64,000 nt of DNA from Candidatus Zixiibacteriota bacterium (GCA_050117845.1 JASFLY010000004.1:134511-198510); one strand, 5' to 3'; shown: positions 47,682 through 58,461, counted from the first letter of the stretch. Numbers and translations: made by a program. Notes: generated by a model from the letters alone, not told the origin.

Positions 47682-49703
47682 TTAACGCCGCCCTTTTCGG
47701 GTCGGCGTGGGCCGGCCGGCCGCGCTTTTCTTTTGCGTCTTGTCGCCCCGAAGTTCGCGGATGCGGTCGCGCAGGGCCGCGGCCTTCTCGAACGCCAGTT
47801 CCTCCGCCGCCCGCCGCATCTCGTACTCCAGCAGCGCCAAAAAGGCCTGGACGTCGGCCGGGTCTTCCGGCGCGGGCGCCTCCTCCAGCGGCCCCGCGTC
47901 CGCCACCGCCGTCGTCGCCATCACGGCCTCGACCGACTTGACGATGCTCCGCGGCTCGATGCCGTGCTCTTGGTTGTACTCGAGCTGGGCCTGCCGGCGC
48001 CGCGTCGTTTCCCGCACGGCGTTCTGGATGGACTTCGTAACGCGGTCGGCGTAGAGGATGACCTTGCCGCCGGCGTGCCGGGCCGCCCGCCCCGCCGTCT
48101 GGATTATCGACCGCTCGTCGCGCAGGAAGCCCTCCTTGTCGGCGTCCAGTATGGCGACCAGCGACACCTCCGGCAGGTCGAGGCCCTCCCGCAGGAGGTT
48201 GATGCCCACTACCACGTCGACGTTGCCCAATCGCAGGTCGCGCAGGATCTCCATGCGGGAGATGGCGTCGAGTTCCGAATGCAGGTATTTGACCTTGAAG
48301 TCGAGGTCGGCGAGGTAATCGGCGAGGTCTTCGGACGTGCGTTTGGTCAAAGTCGTGACCAGCGCCCGTTCGCCCCGCGCCACCACCTCGCGCAACTCGC
48401 CCACCAGCGCGTCGACCTGGCCCTCGGCCGGCTTGACCTCCACCGGCGGGTCGACGAGGCCCGTGGGCCGGATGAGCTGCTCGGCCACGCGGCGCGAGTG
48501 TTCCAGCTCGTACGGCCCCGGCGTCGCCGACGTGTAAACGAATTGGGAAACCAGCGCCTCGAACTCCTCGAACCGAAGGGGCCTGTTGTCCAGCGCGGAC
48601 GGAAGGCGGAAGCCGTAGTCCACCAGCGCCTGTTTGCGGGCCCGGTCGCCGTTGTGCATCCCCCGTATCTGCGGCAGCGTGGCGTGCGACTCGTCGACGA
48701 TGCAGAGCCACTTCTCGGGGAAATAATCCAGGAGGCAGTAAGGCCGCTCGCCCTCGGCCCGGCCGGAGAGGTGCCGCGAGTAGTTCTCGATGCCGGGGCA
48801 GTAACCCAACTCCCGCAAGAGTTCCACGTCGTGCCGGGCGCGGGTCTCGAGGCGTTGCGCCTCGACGATTTTACCCTCCCGGCGGAACCAGGCCACGCGC
48901 TTTTCTAGTTCCTCCTCGATGGCGACGATCCCCGGTTCCATCTCCTGCCGGTCGGTCACGAAGTGCTTGGCCGGGTAGACTGCGACGCGGGGCAGCGGGC
49001 CCAGCTTGCGGCCGGCCACGGGGTCGAGCCGCCAGACGCTTTCGACCGTGTTCCCCATAAACTCCACCCGCAGGGCCTCGTCCTCGTAGGCCGGGAAAAT
49101 GTCCACGACGTCGCCGCGGACGCGGAAGGAGCCCGGCTTGAACTCGAAGTTATCGCGCTCGTAGCGGATGGCCGCCAGTTTGCGCGTCAGCGTATCTATC
49201 GCTATCTCGTCGCCCGGCTCGATGAACAAATGGAAGCGGGCGAACTCCTCGGGCGAGCCGAGGCTGTAGATGCACGAGACCGACGCGACGATTACGACGT
49301 CCTCCCGGGCGAGAAGCGAGGCGGTGGCCCGGAGGCGCAGACGCTCAATCTCGTCGTTTACGTCGGCGTCCTTGTCGATGTAGAGGTCCTGGGCCGGGAG
49401 GTAGGCTTCGGGCTGGTAGTAGTCGTAATAGGATACGAAGTACTCGACGGCGTTGTCGGGGAAGAACTGCAGGAACTCACCGTAGAGTTGGGCGGCGAGG
49501 GTTTTATTGTGGCTTATGACGAGGGTGGGGAGGCCGACGCGGGCGATGACGTTCGCCATCGTGAAGGTCTTGCCTGAGCCGGTGACGCCGAGGAGCGTCT
49601 GGTGATTCTCGCCGGCGACTACGCCGTCGGCCAGCTCGTCGATGGCCCGGGGCTGGTCGCCCGCCGCTTCGAATTCGGCCTCGAGTTTGAACTCGGCCGT
49701 CAT
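47682..49703 (-). CDS. uvrB: Excinuclease ABC subunit B
   Basis: [43 protein letters not shown]-terminal UVR domain. Confidence 0.98.
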   Translation of the reverse strand: MTAEFKLEAEFEAAGDQPRAIDELADGVVAGENHQTLLGVTGSGKTFTMANVIARVGLPTLVISHNKTLAAQLYGEFLQFFPDNAVEYFVSYYDYYQPEAYLPAQDLYIDKDADVNDEIERLRLRATASLLAREDVVIVASVSCIYSLGSPEEFARFHLFIEPGDEIAIDTLTRKLAAIRYERDNFEFKPGSFRVRGDVVDIFPAYEDEALRVEFMGNTVESVWRLDPVAGRKLGPLPRVAVYPAKHFVTDRQEMEPGIVAIEEELEKRVAWFRREGKIVEAQRLETRARHDVELLRELGYCPGIENYSRHLSGRAEGERPYCLLDYFPEKWLCIVDESHATLPQIRGMHNGDRARKQALVDYGFRLPSALDNRPLRFEEFEALVSQFVYTSATPGPYELEHSRRVAEQLIRPTGLVDPPVEVKPAEGQVDALVGELREVVARGERALVTTLTKRTSEDLADYLADLDFKVKYLHSELDAISRMEILRDLRLGNVDVVVGINLLREGLDLPEVSLVAILDADKEGFLRDERSIIQTAGRAARHAGGKVILYADRVTKSIQNAVRETTRRRQAQLEYNQEHGIEPRSIVKSVEAVMATTAVADAGPLEEAPAPEDPADVQAFLALLEYEMRRAAEELAFEKAAALRDRIRELRGDKTQKKSAAGRPTPTRKGRR

Positions 49704-50197
49704 CGGGCGTCCTCCTCCGGCGACTCCTCGAGTTCCACCCGGGCGCCGCGGAGCGCGGGGCCCAGGACGTCCAGCTTGAGGAGGCGGCGAATCTGCTCTT
49801 CGGCGTAGCGGCGTTTGCTCAAAAGTTCGAGCTCGTCTCGGAAGAGGCCGATGAGGGTCTTGAAGGCCACCGGCCCGGGCGCCGCGGCCGCCACCTCGGC
49901 CAGGAACGACGCGATGGTGCGGGCGATGGCGGGGTAGGCGTAGAACTCGAAGGGCCGGCCGTCGGCGGGGAAGTTTTTAATAAGCAACAACTCGTCGGCC
50001 GCGAGGTAGAGCGACGGGTGCAAGAGGTGTCCCTTTTTTATGTCGTTTCGGCACTTGCGCAGGACGAGGAGGCGGTTGTGGACAACGGCCAGGGCCTGCA
50101 GGAGTTCGGCGAACTCCTCCGGCGCCTGCCAGGACGCGAGTTCCAGTTTGATTACGCTGGCCGGATGCCGGCCTTCGGCTCCGAAGAGGGTATCCAT
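49700..50197 (-). CDS. Hypothetical protein
   Basis: MDTLFGAEG... fills the gap between the GHMP kinase and uvrB; its stop overlaps the uvrB ATG (ATGA). Confidence 0.65.
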   Translation of the reverse strand: MDTLFGAEGRHPASVIKLELASWQAPEEFAELLQALAVVHNRLLVLRKCRNDIKKGHLLHPSLYLAADELLLIKNFPADGRPFEFYAYPAIARTIASFLAEVAAAAPGPVAFKTLIGLFRDELELLSKRRYAEEQIRRLLKLDVLGPALRGARVELEESPEEDAR

Positions 50198-50256
50198 TTC
50201 GTCGAACGGTTTGTAGCGTGGCCCCCTTGCCGTACGCCCGTCGTTGCCGCCGGGGC

Positions 50257-51279
50257 TCAGGGTACGATCCGCACGCCGCCGGCGTCGAAACCGAAGTCGT
50301 AGGGCTCGAACCCCTCGCTCTTCAAATAAGACGTGACGGCGCCCCGGGCGGACGGCAACGCCATCACCAGGTAGAAGCCTCCCGCGCCGGCGCTCGTCAC
50401 CTTCATGGCCCAGGCGCCGAGGTCGAGTACTCGCTTGCAAACGGCCGCGACCCGGCCGTCCGCGACGTTGGGGGATACCCCCCGCTTGGCGAGCCAGGCG
50501 CCGTGCAGGGACTGCCCGAAGCCGAACCAGTCGCCCTCGGCCGCGGCCTCGCCCATCTCGTGGGCCAACGCCCGCAGACGGTGCAGCCGCTCGAGCGTTA
50601 CGCGGTCCCCGGCGAGGACGCGGGCCCGCTGGTCGGCGAGCACCTCGGCCGAGTCCCGGCGGCGCCCCGAGAAGAATAACATAAAATGGCTCTCGAAGTT
50701 ACGCAGTTTTGCGGCGGGAAGGTTCACCGGCGTACGGTGCGCGCCGTGGCCGTCGAACCCGAAGACGTTCAGGCCCCCGCAGGCCGCGGCGTACTGGTCC
50801 TGCCGCCCGACCGGCCTTCCCAATTTCTCTATCTCGATCACGGCCGCGGCCTCCGCCACTTCCTCCGGCGTCGGGTTCCGGCCGGCCATGCGATTCAGCG
50901 CGTAAACGACGGCGACGCCCACCGCGCCCGATATCCCCAGGCCCGATCCCGGCGGAAGGCCGGTGCACACGCGCACCAGGACGCCGCCGGCCGGCCGCAC
51001 TTCCGCCACCGTCCGGCCCACCAGCGCCACCTCCGGCCGGGGGTCCGCCAGCAGCTCGTCGATACCCGCGTAGTCGGCGCGCAGGCCGAAGTCGTCCAGA
51101 ACGAGCGAGACCAGTCGGATGTCGAGGGAGGAAACCTCCACCCTGGCGCCCAGCGTTATGGCCGCCGAGAAAACCGCGCCGCCGTACTTTTCCGCGTAGG
51201 CCGGGAGGTCGGTCCCGCCGCCGGCGAAGGCGATGCGGCCGGGGGCGAAGACCTTTATCCTGTCGTTGCCGGTTGCCAT
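50257..51279 (-). CDS. GHMP kinase, HddA-like (D-glycero-alpha-D-manno-heptose-7-phosphate kinase family)
   Basis: APGRIAFAGGGTD, PPGSGLGISG, GRQDQYAAACGG, SAGAGGF. Confidence 0.85.
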   Translation of the reverse strand: MATGNDRIKVFAPGRIAFAGGGTDLPAYAEKYGGAVFSAAITLGARVEVSSLDIRLVSLVLDDFGLRADYAGIDELLADPRPEVALVGRTVAEVRPAGGVLVRVCTGLPPGSGLGISGAVGVAVVYALNRMAGRNPTPEEVAEAAAVIEIEKLGRPVGRQDQYAAACGGLNVFGFDGHGAHRTPVNLPAAKLRNFESHFMLFFSGRRRDSAEVLADQRARVLAGDRVTLERLHRLRALAHEMGEAAAEGDWFGFGQSLHGAWLAKRGVSPNVADGRVAAVCKRVLDLGAWAMKVTSAGAGGFYLVMALPSARGAVTSYLKSEGFEPYDFGFDAGGVRIVP

Positions 51280-51297
51280 GATGCGGGGCCGGGGGCG

Positions 51298-51699
51298 TTA
51301 GCCCACGCCGTAGTCCCCGGGGGATACGGCCTCGTAATGTTCCACGTCGAAGTCGTCCCCCCGGCGCGATACGGCCAAAAAGTCGAAGCGCAGGTCCACA
51401 TCCTCGCCGGGGCGTTCGCGCTCCAGGAAGCCCATGGCCGCGCGGTAGAGGCGGGCCACCTTGCGCGACGTGAACGCGGCCCGGGGGTCCACGGCCGACC
51501 CGGCCCGGCCGGTCTTCACTTCCGCGAATACCAGTACGCCGTTCTTCTCGGCCACTATGTCTATCTCGCCGAAGGTCGTGTGGTAGTTGCGGGCCACGAC
51601 GCGGAAGCCCCGCTCCCGTAAAAAGTCGGCCGCGGCGTCCTCCCCGGCGCGCCCCAGCTCCCGGCGCCGCGCCGCCTCGCTTCGGCCGTCCCGCGTCAT
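51298..51699 (-). CDS. yraN: YraN family endonuclease-like protein
   Basis: GRAGEDAAADFL..GFRVVARNY...GEIDIVA...VFAEVKT, RFD; ATG 51699 overlaps the rnhB stop. Confidence 0.92.
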   Translation of the reverse strand: MTRDGRSEAARRRELGRAGEDAAADFLRERGFRVVARNYHTTFGEIDIVAEKNGVLVFAEVKTGRAGSAVDPRAAFTSRKVARLYRAAMGFLERERPGEDVDLRFDFLAVSRRGDDFDVEHYEAVSPGDYGVG

Positions 51700-52379
51700 G
51701 GGGCGAAGAGGCGGCCGGCGTCGTCCTCCAGCAGCCGGGCCACGGGCGCGAAACTCCGCCGGTGGGCGGGCGTGGGGCCCAGGTCCTCCAGCGCGCAAAG
51801 GTGCGTCGCCGTGCCGTAGCCCTTGTGGCCGGCGAAGTCGTAGCCGGGGTACCTGGCGTCCAAGAGGTCCATGAGGTGGTCCCGGTACACTTTCGCTATT
51901 ATCGAGGCCGCGGCGATGCACGCGCAGCGGCCGTCCCCCTTCACTATCGTCTTCTGGCGGGTCATCGTCGGGACCGGCCGGTTGCCGTCCACCAGGATCA
52001 TGTCGGGCGCGGGGCGCAGGCGCTCGCACGCCTTCTTCATCGCCCCCAGCGCCGCCTCCAAAACGTTCACGCGGTCCACCCGGCCGGCGGACGCGACGCC
52101 CACGGCCCAACTGCACGCGCCGCCGGTCAGCTCCTCGTAGAGCTCCTCCCGACGGCCGGCGTCCAGCTTCTTGGAATCGTCGAGGCCCCGGCAATGGTAG
52201 TCGGGCCGGAGGATGACCGCGGCGGCCACGACCGGCCCGGCCAGGGCGCCCCGGCCGGCCTCGTCCACGCCCGCCACGTACGCGAAACCCTCCTCCCGGA
52301 GTTGCCGTTCGAACCTGTCCAGCTCGAGCGGTCCATCCGATGAGGAGGGCCCGATTAGCGTCGGGGCGTCTTCCGTCAT
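51696..52379 (-). CDS. rnhB: Ribonuclease HII
   Basis: GVDEAGRGALAGPVVAAAV, DSKKL, VDGN, KGD, AAASIIAKVYRD, HKGYGT. Confidence 0.97.
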   Translation of the reverse strand: MTEDAPTLIGPSSSDGPLELDRFERQLREEGFAYVAGVDEAGRGALAGPVVAAAVILRPDYHCRGLDDSKKLDAGRREELYEELTGGACSWAVGVASAGRVDRVNVLEAALGAMKKACERLRPAPDMILVDGNRPVPTMTRQKTIVKGDGRCACIAAASIIAKVYRDHLMDLLDARYPGYDFAGHKGYGTATHLCALEDLGPTPAHRRSFAPVARLLEDDAGRLFAP

Positions 52380-52383
52380 AGGC

Positions 52384-52800
52384 TTAGGATTCTTCTTCCG
52401 GGGCCGCGGCGTCGGGCGGCGGGGCCGCCGGTTTGGTCACGACGCGACGGATCCGGCCTTCCTTCACGCGCGCTTTCTTGCCCACCTTGCGGCGCAGGTA
52501 GTAAAGCTTCGACCTCCGCACCCGTCCCCGTCGCACGACCTTGAGGTCCACCACGCGCGGCGAATGGAGGGGGAAGGTCCGTTCCACGCCCACGCCCGAG
52601 GCTATCCGGCGGACCGTGAAGGTCTCCCGGGCCCCGGCGCCTTTGCGGGCTATTACGATGCCTTCGAACGGCTGGGTTCGCGTCCGTTCGCCTTCGATAA
52701 TTTCTATCTGAACCCGGACCGTATCGCCGACTTTAAAGTCGGGAACGCTGTCCTTGAGGGCCGATTTTTCGAGTTCACGTACGGCGGGATGCATGTTCAC
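52384..52800 (-). CDS. rplS: 50S ribosomal protein L19
   Basis: [42 protein letters not shown]. Confidence 0.98.
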   Translation of the reverse strand: MNMHPAVRELEKSALKDSVPDFKVGDTVRVQIEIIEGERTRTQPFEGIVIARKGAGARETFTVRRIASGVGVERTFPLHSPRVVDLKVVRRGRVRRSKLYYLRRKVGKKARVKEGRIRRVVTKPAAPPPDAAAPEEES

Positions 52801-52854
52801 ACCTCGTTATATTGACGTCGTCCGTCGAATAAAAGTTACTTGTTTCCGTTTATC

Positions 52855-53448
52855 CTAATTCCGGCCGCCGAGAATGCGATCGAGATACACCGCGATCGCC
52901 GCCCGCACCGGCAAGTGATTAAAATCTCCGTGCCCCGTTATCGGCTCGAGCGCCGCGTCCGCCGCCCGAAGCAGGTCCTCGGTCAGGCCGTAACCGGTTC
53001 CGAAGAGCAGCAGGATCGGCCTGCCCGCCGCCGCGGCCTCCAGTTCTCCGGGGGCTACGGCGCCGTCCAGAGGCCGGGCCGTCGTGGCCACGACGAAGGG
53101 CTCCTTGCCCGTCGCCCGGGCCACGTCGTCGAACGCCTCCGCCGCCGACGGCAGCACCTGCGCGTTCGCGAGCGCCCGCTGGCGCTGGGGGCTGTGCTCG
53201 CCGCCGAGGCCCTCCCGCCAGTGGTAGAGTATTTCCTCCACCAGCCGGCGCTGCGACTCGTACGGGTTCGTGACGTAGTACCCCGCCACTCCGTAGGTCA
53301 GCGCGAGGCGCCCCAGGTCGTGCAGGTCCAGCGGCGTAACCGACGTGGCGACCGTTTCGCCTTCCCGGTTGTACACCGGCCAGTGGACCAGCGCGACGTA
53401 CAGGTTCGAGGCCCGTCCCGCGGCCTTATCCCGCTCCGCCCCGCTCAT
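52855..53448 (-). CDS. SPOUT RNA methyltransferase (TrmD-associated family)
   Basis: Start at ATG 53448 (overlaps the trmD stop); LYVALVHWPVYN..TSVT.LDLHD, LLFGTGYGL, FNHLPVRAA. Confidence 0.88.
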   Translation of the reverse strand: MSGAERDKAAGRASNLYVALVHWPVYNREGETVATSVTPLDLHDLGRLALTYGVAGYYVTNPYESQRRLVEEILYHWREGLGGEHSPQRQRALANAQVLPSAAEAFDDVARATGKEPFVVATTARPLDGAVAPGELEAAAAGRPILLLFGTGYGLTEDLLRAADAALEPITGHGDFNHLPVRAAIAVYLDRILGGRN

Positions 53449-54137
53449 TCGTCCTCCCGGCCCTCCAGCATATCGGGCCGGGCTTCCCGCGTCCGCTTCA
53501 GCGCCTCTTCGGCGCGCCACTTCTCGATGGCGCCGTGGTTGCCCGAGAGGAGTATCTCCGGGACTTCCATCCCCCGGAACTCCCGCGGCCGGGTGTAGTG
53601 CGGGTGGTCCAGAAGGCCCGTCGCGAAGGAGTCGGTGGCGGCGGAATCCTCATCGCCCAAAACCCCGGGGACGAACCTCGCCGCGGCGTCCACCACCGCC
53701 AGGGCCCCTATCTCTCCCCCCGACATCACGAAATCGCCGACCGAAATTTCCTCGTCGACCAGGGCCTCGCGGACGCGCTCGTCCACGCCTTTGTACCGGC
53801 CGCAGAGGAGGATGACGTGTTCACGTGCGGCCAGTTCCTTGCAGCCGTCGTGGCCGAGCGGCCGGCCCTGCGGCGTCAGGAAAATCTTCCAACCCGGGCC
53901 GAAGCGCGCCTCGACGTCCTCGACCGCGCGGAAGAACGCCTCCGGTTTCATTACCATGCCGACGCCGCCGCCGTAGGGGTAGTCGTCCGTGGAGCGGTAC
54001 GAGTCGTCGGTGTAGGCCCGCAGGTCGTGAACGCGCACGTCGAGGAGGCCGCGTTCAATCGCCTTACCCAGAACGCCCGCGGCCAGCGGCCCCGGGAAGA
54101 AGTCCGGAAAAATAGTTATTATGTCGAAGCCGGGCAC
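53445..54137 (-). CDS. trmD: tRNA (guanine-37-N1)-methyltransferase
   Basis: DDYPYGGGVGMVMKPE, LCGRYKGVDER, SVGDFVMSGGE, PHYTRP. Confidence 0.97.
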   Translation of the reverse strand: MPGFDIITIFPDFFPGPLAAGVLGKAIERGLLDVRVHDLRAYTDDSYRSTDDYPYGGGVGMVMKPEAFFRAVEDVEARFGPGWKIFLTPQGRPLGHDGCKELAAREHVILLCGRYKGVDERVREALVDEEISVGDFVMSGGEIGALAVVDAAARFVPGVLGDEDSAATDSFATGLLDHPHYTRPREFRGMEVPEILLSGNHGAIEKWRAEEALKRTREARPDMLEGREDE

Positions 54138-54148
54138 GAAGGGCCGCG

Positions 54149-54673
54149 TTACCTCTCGCGGTAGGGTATTATTACTACCTTTTCCCCCGGCCTGACCTCG
54201 GCCACGTGGGCCCGCACGAACGGGACCTCGAGTCGCCGGCCGCCGCCCTCTATAACCAGTACGTTGTGGGGGCCGGCGCGGTAAACCTCGGTAATTTCGC
54301 CGACCCGGGCGCCTTCGGTCGTTTCGGCCGGCAGGCCGAGGAGTTCGAATTCGTAATATACGTCCGGCGGCGCCTGGGGCAGGACTTCGGGTGAAACCGC
54401 AAGCCGCCAGTCCCGGTATTCCCCGGCGGCGGCCCGGTCGCCCGCGCAGGCGAGCTTAACCAGAACGTCTTCCCCCGGTTCCCCCGCGGCGCTCCCGGTC
54501 CCCTTGCGGCGCCAGCTTTCGATGACCGTCGGTTGGAGGCCGTGCGGCCCGAGCAGGACGACTTCCTGCCCGGGCCCCGGGTCGAATGCGCCTTCCGTGT
54601 AGTCGGTTACGACGACCTCACCCTTAAGGCCGTGGGGCCGGCGGATGAGGCCGATAGCGACGACGCCGCTCAC
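54149..54673 (-). CDS. rimM: 16S rRNA processing protein RimM
   Basis: IGLIRRPHGLKGEV, YYEFELLG, EVPFV; synteny. Confidence 0.92.
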   Translation of the reverse strand: MSGVVAIGLIRRPHGLKGEVVVTDYTEGAFDPGPGQEVVLLGPHGLQPTVIESWRRKGTGSAAGEPGEDVLVKLACAGDRAAAGEYRDWRLAVSPEVLPQAPPDVYYEFELLGLPAETTEGARVGEITEVYRAGPHNVLVIEGGGRRLEVPFVRAHVAEVRPGEKVVIIPYRER

Positions 54674-54679
54674 CGCACG

Positions 54680-54910
54680 CTACTCTAAGATCTCGAGGGC
54701 CGCGCGCTTGTTCTGCTTCATCGCCGCGGCGTTCAGTATGGTCCTGAGCGCCCGGGCCGTCCGACCTTTCTTTCCGATTATCCGGCCGATGTCTTCCCGG
54801 TCTACGGAGACCTCGATGATCGTCGTTTTCTCTCCGGCGACTTCATTGACGACGACCGCGTCCGGCTTCTCGACCAAATTCTTCGCGATGTATTCGATCA
54901 GGTCCCGCAT
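54680..54910 (-). CDS. khpA: KH domain RNA-binding protein
   Basis: [14 protein letters not shown]...[18 protein letters not shown]. Confidence 0.93.
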   Translation of the reverse strand: MRDLIEYIAKNLVEKPDAVVVNEVAGEKTTIIEVSVDREDIGRIIGKKGRTARALRTILNAAAMKQNKRAALEILE

Positions 54911-55005
54911 CTCAGTTCCTCCTCCGTAACGAGCTCCGGTTTCGGTTGTCGGGTTCGTGATACGGTATTACGATATAGATTTGGTCATCAGCCTATGCTG
55001 AAAAG

Positions 55006-55290
55006 CTAATCGGCTTGCGCGCCGGTCGTTTTCATTTCCGCGAACTTCTTGAGGACGCCCGCTTTCGAAAGCAGCCGCTTCGCCGTCTCCGACGGCTGGG
55101 CGCCGACCGAAAGCCAGTAGAGCGCGCGCTCCTCGTTTACCTCGGTTATGGCCGGCTCGGCCGTCGGGTTGTAGTGGCCGAGGAGTTCGATGAAACGGCC
55201 GTCCCGCTTGGACCGGCCGTCCACCGCGACCAGCCGGTACTGGGGCGCGTTTTTAGCTCCGGTGCGTCGAAGTCTTATTCTTACTGCCAA
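55006..55290 (-). CDS. rpsP: 30S ribosomal protein S16
   Basis: AVRIRLRRTG...YRLVAVD...RDGRFIELLGHYNP, GAQPSET. Confidence 0.98.
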   Translation of the reverse strand: MAVRIRLRRTGAKNAPQYRLVAVDGRSKRDGRFIELLGHYNPTAEPAITEVNEERALYWLSVGAQPSETAKRLLSKAGVLKKFAEMKTTGAQAD

Positions 55291-55325
55291 GGGTTACCAC
55301 CTCCGAGCCGCTTTTCCCGCGGCCC

Positions 55326-55997
55326 TTACGAGTTCAAGGCTCCCTGAAGTTCGGCCATGGCCGCCGCCGGGTCGGGAGCGCCGAATACCGCGCTTCCCGC
55401 GACGATGATGTCCGCGCCCGCGTCGGCTACACTCTTTATATTATCAGTTTTTACGCCGCCGTCAACCTCAATTAATATCTCGCGGCCGTTCTTGTCCGCC
55501 AGGGCCCGCGCCCGGGCGATTTTGTCCAGTCCCGCCGGGATGAACGCCTGGCCGCCGAAACCGGGGTTGACGGTCATTATCAAAATAAGGTCGGCCTGGT
55601 CCAGCACGTCCTCGAGGGCCGAAAGGGGCGTCCCGGGGTTGACCGCGGCGCCGGCCTTCTTGCCCGCGGCGCGCACCTGCTGGAGGGCCCGGTGCAGGTG
55701 GGGCGTCGCCTCCGCGTGCACCGTTATTATGTCCGCGCCGGCCGCGGCGAAGTCGTCCACGTAACGCTCCGGCCGAGCGACCATCAGGTGGGCGATTACG
55801 CCCAGGTCGCCGGCGACCTCCCGAATGTCCGTCACCATTTTCGGGCCGAAGGTTATGTTGGGAACGAACTCGCCGTCCATCACGTCCAGGTGGACGTAGC
55901 AGAGGCCCGCGTCCCGGACCGCCCGCGTGGCCTCGGCCATATGGCCGAAGTCCGCCGAGAGAAGCGAGGGCGCGAGCTGGGCTTGGCGTTTCGGCAT
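55326..55997 (-). CDS. rpe: Ribulose-phosphate 3-epimerase
   Basis: APSLLSADF, HLDVMDGEFVPNITFGP, MTVNPGFGGQ, VDGG. Confidence 0.97.
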   Translation of the reverse strand: MPKRQAQLAPSLLSADFGHMAEATRAVRDAGLCYVHLDVMDGEFVPNITFGPKMVTDIREVAGDLGVIAHLMVARPERYVDDFAAAGADIITVHAEATPHLHRALQQVRAAGKKAGAAVNPGTPLSALEDVLDQADLILIMTVNPGFGGQAFIPAGLDKIARARALADKNGREILIEVDGGVKTDNIKSVADAGADIIVAGSAVFGAPDPAAAMAELQGALNS

Positions 55998-56004
55998 GGC
56001 CCCC

Positions 56005-56778
56005 CTATTGCCCCGGCGGGCCGCTCGATATAACGAGGTCCACCGCTTCGCCCTTCTTGGCCTGTTCGCCGATGTCCGGCGACTGGCGGATAATCCGCCC
56101 CGCCGGCACCGACATGGAAGGTTCGGTCGTTACGTTGCCGACGCTCAGTTCGTACTCGCGCAGGGCCTTCGCGGCCTCGTCCACCGTGAGGCCGATGAGG
56201 TTGCACGGCATCAGTATCGTGACCTCTTCGGACCCGAGGCTCACCAACAGGTTAACTTTCGTCCCGCGGTTCACCTTTTCGCGCGCTTTGGGCGTCTGGT
56301 CTATAACGTGGTCCTTGGGTACGGTGTCGTCGTGGACGTCTGTCACTTCGCCCACCGTGAGGCCGATGCGGGTCAGGACCAGCTCGGCCTGCCGGACCGT
56401 CCGGCCCACGACGTTCGGAACGTGGACCTCGGCCAGGCCGGCGCTGACGCGCACCTTGACCGTCCGCCCCTTGCGCACCTGGATACCCGGCTCAGGGTCC
56501 TGCTCGACTATGAAGCCCTCGGGGAGAGACGAATCCTTGGAGACGCCTATCTCTTTCATTACCAGGCCCGAGTCGGCCAGCATCATCTCGGCCTCGTCCA
56601 CGTTGTGGCCTATTATCTCGGGTACGGCCACTTCCTCGCCGCCGGAGACGAACAGCCGGCCGAAGCCGACGACGAGTACGAGGTAGCCGATAACGACGGC
56701 CACTACCGCCGCGGCCACGAGGCGCAGGAATCGCAAGAGTTCCTTGACTAAGTCGACGCGTCCGATTTTAAGTGCCAT
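56005..56778 (-). CDS. Membrane-anchored PASTA-domain protein (3 repeats)
   Basis: TM followed by VPEIIG, VPNVVG and MPCNLIG repeats, each ending Q.P..G..V...VS.G. Confidence 0.92.
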   Translation of the reverse strand: MALKIGRVDLVKELLRFLRLVAAAVVAVVIGYLVLVVGFGRLFVSGGEEVAVPEIIGHNVDEAEMMLADSGLVMKEIGVSKDSSLPEGFIVEQDPEPGIQVRKGRTVKVRVSAGLAEVHVPNVVGRTVRQAELVLTRIGLTVGEVTDVHDDTVPKDHVIDQTPKAREKVNRGTKVNLLVSLGSEEVTILMPCNLIGLTVDEAAKALREYELSVGNVTTEPSMSVPAGRIIRQSPDIGEQAKKGEAVDLVISSGPPGQ

Positions 56779-56915
56779 AACGGAATACAGGGCGGCCGAG
56801 GGCCGGCCAAGACAGCATATTTAACATAAAAACCTATATAAAGCAAGCCTAAAAGGGTCTTAGCGGTATATAGTTACGAAAAAGCCGACTCTCCCGACGT
56901 GTCAATTTTTACCGT

Positions 56916-56944
56916 TTGATTTTACCTAAAAACGCTAGTATAAT
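56916..56944 (+). promoter_or_regulatory. sigma70 promoter
   Basis: TTGATT-N17-TATAAT; a similar TTGATT-N16-TATAAT at 58653-58680 precedes the paralog. Confidence 0.7.
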
Positions 56945-56979
56945 AGAAGTGCAGGTTAACCTTAAAGGAGGGTTAAGAG

Positions 56980-58461
56980 ATGAAGGGATTAATAACGATT
57001 GCCGCGGTGGCGATGTTGGTCGCGGCGGCGAGCTGGGGCGCGGACGCCAAGTACGGCGGCGCGCCTTATTACGTTGACGGCAACGCGAACGACATTCACG
57101 ATATCGGCCTGTACTTCGCGGAAATGCACGGGAATTTGTGGGCCGGTAATTCTACCGACGGCACCGGGTTTTACCCTGGCGAAAACGGCGTCGCAACGCT
57201 ATATGCAAGCGATTTTTGGGTGGGCACCATGATTTCCGGAACGCCCAGGGTGAGCGGTGGCATTAAAGGCGCCGAGTGGCATAACGCATCGCCGCTTATC
57301 TGGAGCGACGGCGCGGCCTGGAGTTCCCGGCCGGCGTACGTCGAAAAGCGCGGCGACCTCGACTCGTTCCTGGCCGCTAACGACAGCGAAGCCGGAGAGA
57401 ACGGCCCCATACCCGTCCGCGTTGCGCAGCACGGCATGCAGTGGTCCGACGCTGCGAACGACGATTACATTCTCTTCCACTACCGGATAATCAACCGGAG
57501 AAGCGCGAGCCTGAACCCGGCTTACTTATGCGTGCTTTACGACTTCGACATCGGCGGCCCGAACTCGTACGAGGACGATAAGATAGAAGTCGACGCCACC
57601 CGAAAAATGCCCTACATGTACGACGAGACGTCGGGTCACCCGTACGTCGGCGTTTACGTTGTGAACGGCCAACCGTCCGCGGGCGGATCCGGACCCGGTT
57701 GGAACAGCGACGCCGACCAGTGGAACGTAATGACCTCCGGGGAGTGGTACGAGGATACCACGCCGGGCGACTACCGGGCCTTCGTCAGCTGCGGCCCCTA
57801 CGTAATTCCCCGCAACGATAAAATGAGTATCGGCGTTGCGGTGGTGGCCGGGGCCACGCTGGCCGAACTCCAGGCCAACGCCGACGCGGCTTACGCCAAA
57901 TACTGGGAGATTAACACCGGCCTGACGGAGTTCGCCGCCCGGCCTACCTCCCGGGGCGTCGCGGTGGAATGGACGCCGGACCGGCCTTACGCCGGCTATA
58001 ACGTCTACCGCGCCGAGGGCGATTGCGCCGACTTCGCCAAACTCAACGGGGCGGCGATAACGGGCGAACCGCCCTTCACCTACGTCGACGCGGCGGTGGA
58101 GGCGAGTCGGACCTACTCCTATAAGCTGGAAGTGCTTACGCTGGGCGGCACGAGTGAATGGTACGGGCCGGTGGAGGTAACGACGGCCGGCCTGGCCAAG
58201 AAGTCATTCGCGGTACGGGGGCCGACGCCCAACCCGGTCCGAGGCCGGGCTAACTTCGCCGTGACGACGGCGGATAGCGGGCCGGTCCTGCTGGAGGCGT
58301 ACGACCTCAGCGGCCGGCGCGTTGCGTCCACTAACGTAAACTGCACACCCGGCGGAACGTCGGTCTCGCTCGACGTCGCGGCCTTGCCCGCCGGCGTTTA
58401 CATCTACCGGGCCTCGGCGGCCGGCGACACGGCCTCCGGTAAGATGGTGGTCTCCCGCTAG
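56980..58461 (+). CDS. Secreted protein with Ig/FN3-like and T9SS/FlgD-like C-terminal domains (copy 1)
   Basis: Signal peptide; YDFDIG; GYNVYR FN3-like strand; PNP...AYDLSGRRV...AGVYIYR...GKMVVSR. Confidence 0.85.
   Translation: MKGLITIAAVAMLVAAASWGADAKYGGAPYYVDGNANDIHDIGLYFAEMHGNLWAGNSTDGTGFYPGENGVATLYASDFWVGTMISGTPRVSGGIKGAEWHNASPLIWSDGAAWSSRPAYVEKRGDLDSFLAANDSEAGENGPIPVRVAQHGMQWSDAANDDYILFHYRIINRRSASLNPAYLCVLYDFDIGGPNSYEDDKIEVDATRKMPYMYDETSGHPYVGVYVVNGQPSAGGSGPGWNSDADQWNVMTSGEWYEDTTPGDYRAFVSCGPYVIPRNDKMSIGVAVVAGATLAELQANADAAYAKYWEINTGLTEFAARPTSRGVAVEWTPDRPYAGYNVYRAEGDCADFAKLNGAAITGEPPFTYVDAAVEASRTYSYKLEVLTLGGTSEWYGPVEVTTAGLAKKSFAVRGPTPNPVRGRANFAVTTADSGPVLLEAYDLSGRRVASTNVNCTPGGTSVSLDVAALPAGVYIYRASAAGDTASGKMVVSR

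Noticed and set aside
47677..48711. N-terminal extensions of ORFs 46612-48711, 44262-45944, 51298-52194, 49700-50440 and 52855-53520
   Set aside because: They run out of frame through uvrB, the DnaC-like gene, rnhB, the GHMP kinase and trmD; internal ATGs at gene junctions are better starts.
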